DNA of 36,528 bases from Thermomicrobiales bacterium. GTDB taxonomy: Bacteria > Chloroflexota > Limnocylindria > Limnocylindrales > CSP1-4. The notes under the pieces are model-generated. The model searched no databases. It saw only the letters and a list, made by a program, of their open reading frames with translations, and was not told the origin of the DNA. The stretch spans positions 1 to 36,528 of the forward strand of contig JANONZ010000283.1 in assembly GCA_031421095.1 (NCBI GenBank). The letters are read 5' to 3'. Position 1 is the stretch's first letter, and each line of letters opens with the position of its first letter. The position numbers and the translations under genes were made by a program. Positions 18,367 to 25,561 of the stretch are shown here, piece after piece.

Positions 18367-19310
18367 GCGAGGTTCCCTACGAGCGATACAAGGATGCGCT
18401 CCGGCTCGGACACGTCGCCGCTCTCCGCGGTCGACTGGACGCTGCCGCAGCCGCCTATCGCGAGGCCGCATCGATCGCACCAGACCGGGCCCTGCCGTAC
18501 GTCGGGCTCGGTGGCGTACTGGCCAGGCTCGGCCGTGCCGACCAGGCGCTCGATGCCTATACGGCAGCTCTGGACCGGGCACCGTCCGACGAGGCGGCGC
18601 TGCATGGTCGGGCAGATGTCCTCGCCGCGACCGGTCGTCCGGCGAAAGCAGCCGAGACGCTGGACCGGCTGGCCGCCATCCTCGAGCGGGAAGGGCGGCT
18701 GGCCGACGCCTGTGATGTCGCCCGACGTGCCCTGGAGCTCGCCGAATCGCGCGGTCGGCGCCGCCAGGTCGAAAGCCTGATCGCCAAGCTCCGGACTGCG
18801 ACCGGGGATGCGTCTGCAGCGGAGGCGCTGGCCCGCGCCCTGAGCGTGCTGGAGATCGTCACGGGCGACCGCCGCCCGGGATCGACGGTGGCAACGGAGG
18901 AGGGGACGACGACCGATGATGGCCCATCGCCGGTCGACACCATGCCGAAGGCGCCGGATCCGGCCCTGCTGACGTTGGCTGTCGAGGAGGCCCTCGAGGC
19001 CGGCCATCTGGAAGAAGCCCGGCGCCTTGCGCTGGTGGCGGCGGCCGGTCATCGAGCCGTGGGCCAGTATCAGGCTGCCATGGACGCGTGCTACCAGGCC
19101 CTGGCCATCCTGCCCTCGGATCCCGAGGTGCACCTGGCCCTGGCGGAGCTGTACCTGGATCGCGGGTGGCGCGGTCCGGCTGCCGACAAGCTGGTCCTCC
19201 TGGGTCGGCTTGCCCTGCTCACCGGCGACGGTGCGACGCGAGCGCGGCTGTGCTATCTCGCCGCTGCCCGGTTCCCCGATGACGCCCGCCTCGCCGCGGT
19301 GTGCGCCTGA
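18363..19310 (+). CDS. TPR-repeat-like Ala/Leu/Arg-rich protein, function unknown
   Basis: Start placed at ATG 18363 (ATGA overlap with the argF stop), 315 aa. It has repeated helical-hairpin segments of the form A..AY..A....P....A...LG..L...GR...A...Y..AL. The track ORF start at 18108 overlaps argF out of frame. Confidence 0.6.
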   Translation: MSEVPYERYKDALRLGHVAALRGRLDAAAAAYREAASIAPDRALPYVGLGGVLARLGRADQALDAYTAALDRAPSDEAALHGRADVLAATGRPAKAAETLDRLAAILEREGRLADACDVARRALELAESRGRRRQVESLIAKLRTATGDASAAEALARALSVLEIVTGDRRPGSTVATEEGTTTDDGPSPVDTMPKAPDPALLTLAVEEALEAGHLEEARRLALVAAAGHRAVGQYQAAMDACYQALAILPSDPEVHLALAELYLDRGWRGPAADKLVLLGRLALLTGDGATRARLCYLAAARFPDDARLAAVCA

Positions 19311-19317
19311 CGGTTCC

Positions 19318-19358
19318 ACCGGCCTGACCTCGCTCCGGGACGCCCGGGTGGGGCCGGT
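19318..19358 (+). terminator. Composite GC-rich stem-loop after the TPR gene (possible terminator/insulator)
   Basis: The outer arms ACCGGCC (19318-19324) and GGCCGGT (19352-19358) enclose the inner hairpin CCGGG-acg-CCCGG. No U-tract, so the function is uncertain. Confidence 0.25.
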
Positions 19359-19363
19359 CGCGA

Positions 19364-19372
19364 TGCTACACT
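19364..19372 (+). promoter_or_regulatory. Extended -10-like element TGcTACACT upstream of cdaA
   Basis: The hexamer TACACT ends 9 nt before the cdaA ATG (19382). No convincing -35 or SD. This would imply a very short or absent leader. Confidence 0.25.
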
Positions 19373-19381
19373 CGGGCGGCG

Positions 19382-20473
19382 ATGTCCCAGCTCCTCGGAT
19401 CGATCCTCGACCAGGTCCACCTGACGACGATCATCGACATCGGGATCACGGCGCTCCTCCTCTACTGGCTGTTCAGCCTGATCCGAGGGACGCGCGCTGT
19501 CCGTCTGGTGATCGGCGTCAGTGTCCTGATCCTTGTCTATGCCCTCGCGGTTGCCTTCGACCTGCGCCTGCTGACGCAGATCCTGCAAAGCGGCGCCGTC
19601 GTCGGCCTGTTCGCTCTCGTTGTGATCTTCCAGCCCGAATTGCGGCGTGCCCTCGAACGCATCGGTCGCGTCGGCTCGTTCGGCTGGCTGCTCTCGCCCG
19701 CGAAGGAGCGGGCCGTCGTCCACGTTTCCATCCAGGTGGCGCGGGCCGCTGCCGCCTTGTCGGCCGACGGTCAGGGCGCGCTCATCGTCCTTGAGCGTGA
19801 GACCGGGCTGGAGGAAGTCGCGGAGACTGGCGTCATGATCCACGGCGATGTGTCGGCCGATCTGTTGCGCACGATCTTCACGCCGCGTTCGGCGCTCCAT
19901 GATGGCGCGGTCATCATCCGCGACGGGCGGATCGTCGCCGCCGGTGCGCTGCTGCCGCTGGCCGAGACCTCGATCCACACGGAACGGTTCGGGACCCGCC
20001 ACCGGGCCGCCCTCGGTATCACCGAGCAGACCGACGCCGTCGTCGTCGTGGTCTCCGAGGAGAACGGCCAGATCAGCCTGGTCGAACGGGCCCGGATCGT
20101 CCGGAACCTCACTGAGGCCGGGCTTGCGCGGGCCATCCAGGGCCTGCTTGATCCGGCGGGGGGCCGGCGTGGAGCGTTCGGCTGGCGTTCCGCGAGCCAG
20201 AGCCGTGCGTTCGAGGGCCGCTCGTCCAGGCTGCGGATACTGGGTCTCTTCCGCGGCCGGCCGGCCGGCTCCCGCGAGCTCCCGCCGGCCGCGGTGCCGA
20301 TCGCCGCGACCCCGCCGATCGCCGCGACCCCGGCGCCCGGCGCGGCCGCGGCGCCCGCAGCCTCCGTGGCCTCCGCCGATCCGGGCATGCCGACCCCCGC
20401 CAACCCGACACTGACGACCTCCGCCGCGCCAGACGATGCGGCCACTCCGATGCCCGTCCGAGCGCCACGGTGA
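19382..20473 (+). CDS. cdaA: Diadenylate cyclase CdaA (membrane-anchored DAC domain) with a ~100-aa low-complexity C-terminal tail
   Basis: 363 aa. Three N-terminal hydrophobic helices; DAC-domain motifs ALHDGAVIIRDG (DGA) and GTRHRAALG (RHR). Followed by cdaR and glmM as in the known operon. Confidence 0.9.
   Translation: MSQLLGSILDQVHLTTIIDIGITALLLYWLFSLIRGTRAVRLVIGVSVLILVYALAVAFDLRLLTQILQSGAVVGLFALVVIFQPELRRALERIGRVGSFGWLLSPAKERAVVHVSIQVARAAAALSADGQGALIVLERETGLEEVAETGVMIHGDVSADLLRTIFTPRSALHDGAVIIRDGRIVAAGALLPLAETSIHTERFGTRHRAALGITEQTDAVVVVVSEENGQISLVERARIVRNLTEAGLARAIQGLLDPAGGRRGAFGWRSASQSRAFEGRSSRLRILGLFRGRPAGSRELPPAAVPIAATPPIAATPAPGAAAAPAASVASADPGMPTPANPTLTTSAAPDDAATPMPVRAPR
20297..20332 (+). 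repeat. Perfect 18-bp tandem duplication inside the cdaA tail
   Basis: CCGATCGCCGCGACCCCG occurs twice back to back (20297-20314 and 20315-20332), encoding PIAATP-PIAATP in frame. Confidence 0.95.
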
Positions 20474-21708
20474 GGAGGATCCTGCGCCGGATCATCCACA
20501 ACTGGCCACTCAAACTTGCCGCGGTCGGGCTCGCTACGCTCATGTACGGCGGGCTTGCCGTGTCGCAGAACACGCAGGTCTTTCCGGGCGTCATCCAGGT
20601 CCGGGTCGTCAACCAGCCAGACCGGACCGTCATGCTGACGAGCCCGGAGCCAGTCACGCAGGTCCGCTATTTCGCACCGAGCGGCGTGCTTGTGGGGACG
20701 AGCACGTTCAGTGCGACCGTCGACCTGTCCGGGATGACGCCCACGGGCGGCGTGGTGAGCGTGCGAATCCAGGTCACATCGGTCGATGGGCGGGTGCGCG
20801 TCCTTGGCTACGAGCCCGCGTTTACGAGCATCCAGCTCGATCCCCTCGTTTCGGAGGTCGTGCCGGTGAAGGTGGAGCACGGGACGGTGCCGGACGGCCT
20901 GACCCTGGGCGATACCGAGGTCGATCCACCCAACGTGGTCATCACCGGCCCGAAGTCTGTGGTCGACCAGGTCGTGGCCGCCCGCGCGGATGTCCAGATC
21001 CAGCCCAGCGGCATCGACGTGGACCAGAACGTCAAGCTGGTCCCGGTGGATGTCCTCGGCAACGCCGTGAGCCCGGTCGACGTCACGCCGGCCACGGCCC
21101 GGGTCGCCATCCCGGTCTTCTCCGATCGCCAGACGCGTACGCTGCCGGTCAACGCCGTCCTCGCTGGGACCCCTGCGGCCGGCTTCGAGATCGCATCGAT
21201 CACGGTCCAGCCGCTCGCGGCGGCCGTCGCCGGGGACGCCGATCAGCTGGCCCAACTCGTCCGAGTGGACACGGAGCCGGTCCTGCTGACCGGCGTTTCA
21301 TCCGACCTCACGACATCGGTCCGTTTGGCCCTCCCGACCGGCATCGTCCCGGTCGGGGACGACGTTGTCGTCGTCACGATCAAGCTCCGCCCGGTCACCG
21401 CGACGCGGACGTTCAACGCAGGGATCAGGCTGGTGGGCGCCCGCAGCGACCTGACCTACGACGTCGCCGTCGACCATGTCCTCGCGACGATCGGTGGCTC
21501 CGTGGTGGAACTGGATCGATTGTCCGGGTCGTCGCTCGTCGTGGACATCGACGTGGCCGGCCTGACCTCCGGATCCACCGACCTCACCGTCACGGCGAAT
21601 CTGCCGGCCGGTACGACCCTCGTTGCGGCAAGCCCCGCCAAGGTCACGGTCACGGTCACCGGCCCCACCCTTTCCGGCTCGCCCGGCCCCTCGCCGTCCG
21701 GGGGCTGA
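20470..21708 (+). CDS. cdaR: CdaA regulatory protein CdaR (YbbR-repeat protein)
   Basis: 412 aa. GTGA overlap with cdaA. N-terminal anchor NWPLKLAAVGLATLMYG, followed by several beta-rich V/T/P repeats typical of YbbR domains. The call rests on position plus overall architecture. Confidence 0.75.
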   Translation: MRRILRRIIHNWPLKLAAVGLATLMYGGLAVSQNTQVFPGVIQVRVVNQPDRTVMLTSPEPVTQVRYFAPSGVLVGTSTFSATVDLSGMTPTGGVVSVRIQVTSVDGRVRVLGYEPAFTSIQLDPLVSEVVPVKVEHGTVPDGLTLGDTEVDPPNVVITGPKSVVDQVVAARADVQIQPSGIDVDQNVKLVPVDVLGNAVSPVDVTPATARVAIPVFSDRQTRTLPVNAVLAGTPAAGFEIASITVQPLAAAVAGDADQLAQLVRVDTEPVLLTGVSSDLTTSVRLALPTGIVPVGDDVVVVTIKLRPVTATRTFNAGIRLVGARSDLTYDVAVDHVLATIGGSVVELDRLSGSSLVVDIDVAGLTSGSTDLTVTANLPAGTTLVAASPAKVTVTVTGPTLSGSPGPSPSGG

Positions 21709-21715
21709 CCAGTTC

Positions 21716-23050
21716 ATGCCGCGCCTCTTCGGCACAGATGGCATCCGTGGGATCGCCAACGTGGACCTCAAGCCGACGGTGGCCTACGCCCTCGGGCGTG
21801 CCGTCGCCCACCGGCTGGTGGGGCGTGGCGGCGCCATCGTGGTGGGGCAGGACACGCGTCGATCAGGTGACATGTTCGCCTCGGCGATCACCGCGGGGGC
21901 GACCAGCATGGGCGTCGACGTCCACGTCGTGGGCGTGGTGCCGACGCCGGCGCTTGCGTATCTCGTCGGGCAGGGTCCGTTCGCCGCGGGGATCATGGTC
22001 TCCGCCTCGCACAACCCGGCCGAGGACAACGGGCTCAAGGTGCTGGATGGGGCGGGCCTGAAGCTCGACGACGGGGTCGAGGACGAGCTGGAGCAGCTCA
22101 TCTGGCGAACGGAGGAACTGGCCGGCGCGCCGAACGCGGAGCTGGGTCGCAGGCTGGATGCCAGCGCGCTCCTGGGCGACTACCTTGCCCACCGACTCCG
22201 GCTGGCTTCCGGGATCTCAGCCAGCGGCCTGTCCCTGGTGCTCGACGGGGCAAACGGCTCAGGATCCTTGGTGGGACCGGGGATCCTGGCCGCCACGGGC
22301 GCCACGGTCCAGGTCATCCATGCCGAGCCGGACGGCGTCAACATCAACGTGCGCTCAGGGGCCACGGCACCGGCATCCCTGGCGGCGGCCGTCGTCGCGG
22401 CTGGTGCGGATGCCGGTTTCGCCCTTGACGGCGACGCGGACCGGCTGATCGCGGTCGATGCCGCCGGGCAGGTGGTCGATGGTGACCAGGTCCTGGGCAT
22501 CCTGGCCCTCGACCGCCTCAGCCGTGGCGAGCTGCCGGGCGGTGGGCTGGTCGTCTCCGTCCTGTCGAACGGTGGGTTGCAGGCCGTCGTGGAGGCAGCG
22601 GGCGGCCAGATCGTGCGCACGCCCGTCGGCGACAAGTACATCCTGGAGGGGATGCAGGTGTCGGGCGCGGTCCTTGGCGGCGAGAAGAGCGGCCACGTCA
22701 TCGTGCTGGAGCACACGACGTCGGGGGATGGGATCGTGACCGCTCTGGAGATCCTGCGGGTGATGGCCCGCCGCTCGGCAAGCCTGGCTGAGCTGGCCGC
22801 CGAGATCCCGATGCTCCCGCAACAACAGCGAGCGGTGAAGGCGCGTCACAAGGATCACTGGGAAGGTGATCGGGCGTTGCAACAGGCGATCGCGGCCGCA
22901 GCGGCTCGCCTCGGTGCATCCGGACGGGTCCTGGTTCGGCCATCAGGCACGGAACCCGCTCTTCGGGTGATGGTGGAGGGTCCCGATGAGGCGCTCGTCG
23001 CCGAGCTCGCCGACTCGCTCGCGACACTTGCCGGGGAGCGACTAAACTAG
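21716..23050 (+). CDS. glmM: Phosphoglucosamine mutase
   Basis: Start placed at ATG 21716, giving MPRLFGTDGIRGIAN. Phosphoserine loop VSASHNPAEDNGLK, metal loop FALDGDADRLIAVD, and GGEKSGH. 444 aa. Confidence 0.95.
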   Translation: MPRLFGTDGIRGIANVDLKPTVAYALGRAVAHRLVGRGGAIVVGQDTRRSGDMFASAITAGATSMGVDVHVVGVVPTPALAYLVGQGPFAAGIMVSASHNPAEDNGLKVLDGAGLKLDDGVEDELEQLIWRTEELAGAPNAELGRRLDASALLGDYLAHRLRLASGISASGLSLVLDGANGSGSLVGPGILAATGATVQVIHAEPDGVNINVRSGATAPASLAAAVVAAGADAGFALDGDADRLIAVDAAGQVVDGDQVLGILALDRLSRGELPGGGLVVSVLSNGGLQAVVEAAGGQIVRTPVGDKYILEGMQVSGAVLGGEKSGHVIVLEHTTSGDGIVTALEILRVMARRSASLAELAAEIPMLPQQQRAVKARHKDHWEGDRALQQAIAAAAARLGASGRVLVRPSGTEPALRVMVEGPDEALVAELADSLATLAGERLN

Positions 23051-23060
23051 CGCCGGTGCG

Positions 23061-23115
23061 GACTCTGCGGAGTCACGAGGACCTGTCGGCCGATGCCGTC
23101 GGGCACGAGCGGAGG
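23061..23115 (+). promoter_or_regulatory. Structured glmS 5' leader: two hairpins plus a Shine-Dalgarno
   Basis: Hairpin 1 is GACTC-TGCG-GAGTC (23061-23074), with a UNCG-type loop. Hairpin 2 is CCTGTCGGC-CGAT-GCCGTCGGG (23082-23103), with one U-U mismatch. GGAGG lies at 23111-23115, 8 nt before ATG 23124. Confidence 0.4.
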
Positions 23116-23123
23116 CAGACCCC

Positions 23124-24956
23124 ATGTGTGGCATCGTCGGGTACACCGGTCCCCGGGAGGCAGGCCCCATCCTCATCGAAGGCCTGAAGCGCCTCGAATA
23201 CCGCGGGTACGACTCCGCTGGTATCGCGCTCGTCGACGACGCCGGCGACCTGTTCGTCGAGAAGCGCGCCGGCAAGCTCGCAAATCTGCAGACGGCCATC
23301 GCGGACCGCACGCCGCATGCCGCCATCGGCCTGGCCCATACCCGCTGGGCGACCCATGGCCGGCCGAACGATCTGAACGCCCATCCGCACCAGGACTGCA
23401 CGGGCGAGATCACCGTCATCCACAACGGGATCATCGAGAACTTCCGCGAGCTCCGGGATGGGCTGGAGGCTCGCGGCCACACGCTGACCTCCGAGACGGA
23501 TACGGAGGCGATCGCCCATCTCGTGGAGGAGGCCTACCGAGGCGACCTTGCCGACGCCGTCCGCGATGCCCTGCGGCGGCTCGAAGGGGCCTACGCCATC
23601 GCCGTCATGCATCGCGGCGAGGGGGACCGGTTGGTCGGCGCGCGCAAGGACGTCCCGCTCGTGGTGGGCCTGGGCGAGGGCGAGAGCTTCCTGGCCTCCG
23701 ATGTCGCGGCGATCCTGGCCCACACCGACCAGATCGTCTTTCTCGAGGACGGTGACGTCGCCGACCTACGGCCGGGGGGCGTGACCTTCTCGGACATCCA
23801 CGGCGCGCCACTCCAGCGGACCGTGACCACCATCGACTGGACACCGGAGGCCGCCGAGAAGGGTGGCTACGAGCATTTCATGCTCAAGGAGATCCACGAG
23901 CAGCCCGAAGCGCTCACGCAGGCCATCATCGGCCGGGTCGATCGCGAGGACCGGATCCGTGTGGAGGAACTGGCCGGGCTCCACGAGGTGCTGAGGACGG
24001 TGACCCGGGTCGAACTCGTGGCCTGCGGGAGCGCCTATTACGCGGCCCTCGTCGGCGCCGCCGCGATCCAGTCCTGGACCGGCATCCCGGCCCGTGCGAA
24101 CATCGGCTCTGAATTCCGATACGGACCGCCGCCACTCGACGAGCACACCCTCGTGATCGCCGTGACCCAATCGGGGGAGACGGCCGATACGATCGCGCCG
24201 ACCCGCCTCGCCCGTGAGCGTGGCTGCCCCATCATCGCCGTGACGAACACGGTCGGGTCGGCCATCACCCGCGAGGCGGACGCGGTCCTGTTCCTGCAAG
24301 CCGGCCCCGAGATCGCGGTCGCGGCGTCCAAGACGTTCGTCACGCAGGTGACGACCCTGGTCATCCTCGCGGCCGCCATCGCCAAGATTCGCGGTGCGCT
24401 GCCAGAGGCCGAGGAACTGGCGCTCGGCGCCGCCCTGCGCGCCCTTCCCGCCGCGGCTGCGCGCGCCGTGGAGTCGGCCGCAGTCGGTACCCCGGACCTG
24501 GCCCGCCGCTACGTCAACTCGCGCGGATTCATGTTCGTCGGGCGCGGCTCCACCTACCCGGCTGCCCTGGAGGGCGCGCTCAAGCTCAAGGAGGTCAGCT
24601 ACGTCCACGCGGAGGGTTACGCGGCCGGCGAGCTGAAGCACGGTCCCATCTCGCTGCTCGACGCGGAATGCCCGCTCGTCGCGGTCGCGACCCGCTCGTC
24701 CGTCTACGACAAGCTCATCAGTAACGTGATGGAAGGCCGGGCGCGGGACGCGCGGGTCATCGCCGTCGCGACTGAGGGCGATCAGGCCATCGAGCACTAC
24801 GCCGACGACGTCTGCTGGGTGCCAGACACGCACGAAGCGCTGAGCCCGGTGCTGGCGATCATCCCGCTCCAGCTGTTTGCGTACCACATGGCCGTCGCGC
24901 GCGGCACGGATGTGGACCAGCCGCGCAACCTGGCCAAGTCGGTCACGGTCGAGTAG
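23124..24956 (+). CDS. glmS: Glutamine--fructose-6-phosphate aminotransferase (isomerizing)
   Basis: 610 aa. N-terminal nucleophile MCGIVGY, HTRWATHG, two SIS domains (SGETADT) and the C-terminal PRNLAKSVTVE. Confidence 0.98.
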   Translation: MCGIVGYTGPREAGPILIEGLKRLEYRGYDSAGIALVDDAGDLFVEKRAGKLANLQTAIADRTPHAAIGLAHTRWATHGRPNDLNAHPHQDCTGEITVIHNGIIENFRELRDGLEARGHTLTSETDTEAIAHLVEEAYRGDLADAVRDALRRLEGAYAIAVMHRGEGDRLVGARKDVPLVVGLGEGESFLASDVAAILAHTDQIVFLEDGDVADLRPGGVTFSDIHGAPLQRTVTTIDWTPEAAEKGGYEHFMLKEIHEQPEALTQAIIGRVDREDRIRVEELAGLHEVLRTVTRVELVACGSAYYAALVGAAAIQSWTGIPARANIGSEFRYGPPPLDEHTLVIAVTQSGETADTIAPTRLARERGCPIIAVTNTVGSAITREADAVLFLQAGPEIAVAASKTFVTQVTTLVILAAAIAKIRGALPEAEELALGAALRALPAAAARAVESAAVGTPDLARRYVNSRGFMFVGRGSTYPAALEGALKLKEVSYVHAEGYAAGELKHGPISLLDAECPLVAVATRSSVYDKLISNVMEGRARDARVIAVATEGDQAIEHYADDVCWVPDTHEALSPVLAIIPLQLFAYHMAVARGTDVDQPRNLAKSVTVE

Positions 24957-24964
24957 CGCCCACG

Positions 24965-25561
24965 ATGGTCGGGGCCCCAGCAGACGAAGGTGCCATCCCG
25001 CCCGGCGCGGTCCCGGCTGGGACGACGGAACTGGGCATCGACATCATCAAGGTCCAGCGGATCCGGGCGGCCCTGGAGCGTTTCGGATCGCGCTTCGCGA
25101 ATCGGGTCCTGACCGCGGCAGAGCAGCACTATGTGCGCGATCGGCCGGAGACGATGGCCGGCCGATGGGCGGCGAAGGAAGCGGTCTCCAAGGTGTTGGG
25201 CCTCGGCGTGCGCGGGATCGGCTGGCGCGACATAGAGATCGAGCGGCTGCCCACGGGTCAACCGGCCGTCCGCCTGCACGGACGCGCCGCGGCCCGAGCG
25301 GAACAGTTGGGCATGGAGCGGGTCGCGGTCTCGATCAGCCACGAGTCGGAGTACGCCGTCGCCATCGCGTTCGGGATCCGGACGGCCGGTGGCCGATATG
25401 TCTTCCCGCCCGATATCGAGGAGCGCCTGGACATGCGCGAGCGACGCATCCTGGCTCGCATCCAGAACCTCCGCGCCCTCGCCGAGACGAGCGGCGCGAG
25501 CGCCCCTGCCCCTGCCTCCGACGCGCCGCCGCTCGCTCCGGCTGGGGTTCACCATGGCTGA
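24965..25561 (+). CDS. acpS: Holo-[acyl-carrier-protein] synthase with N- and C-terminal extensions
   Basis: The core LGIDIIKVQRI...FANRVLT..E.......E..AGRWAAKEAVSKVLG...........I...GQP.V...........V.VSISHE.EYAVA is the AcpS pattern. Total length is 198 aa against ~120-130 typical. Codons in the tail keep G/C at the third position. Confidence 0.88.
   Translation: MVGAPADEGAIPPGAVPAGTTELGIDIIKVQRIRAALERFGSRFANRVLTAAEQHYVRDRPETMAGRWAAKEAVSKVLGLGVRGIGWRDIEIERLPTGQPAVRLHGRAAARAEQLGMERVAVSISHESEYAVAIAFGIRTAGGRYVFPPDIEERLDMRERRILARIQNLRALAETSGASAPAPASDAPPLAPAGVHHG

Noticed and set aside
20436-22061. Long + strand alternative-frame ORFs, e.g. 20436-22061 (541 aa), 18191-18715, 23093-23755, 29762-30292 and 31661-32014 (the upstream part of the tsaB ORF).
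   Set aside because: They are off-frame readings of cdaR/glmM, argF/TPR, glmS and the other genes they overlap. Composition is Arg/Pro/Gly-dominated with no family motifs. The overlapping frame carries unmistakable conserved signatures.
23049-23300. A full-length canonical glmS ribozyme upstream of glmS.
   Set aside because: Only 73 nt separate glmM from the invariant MCGIVGY start. I could not place the P2.2 partner or the P3/P4 domains. I kept it only as a low-confidence 'ribozyme-like words' finding that needs cmsearch.
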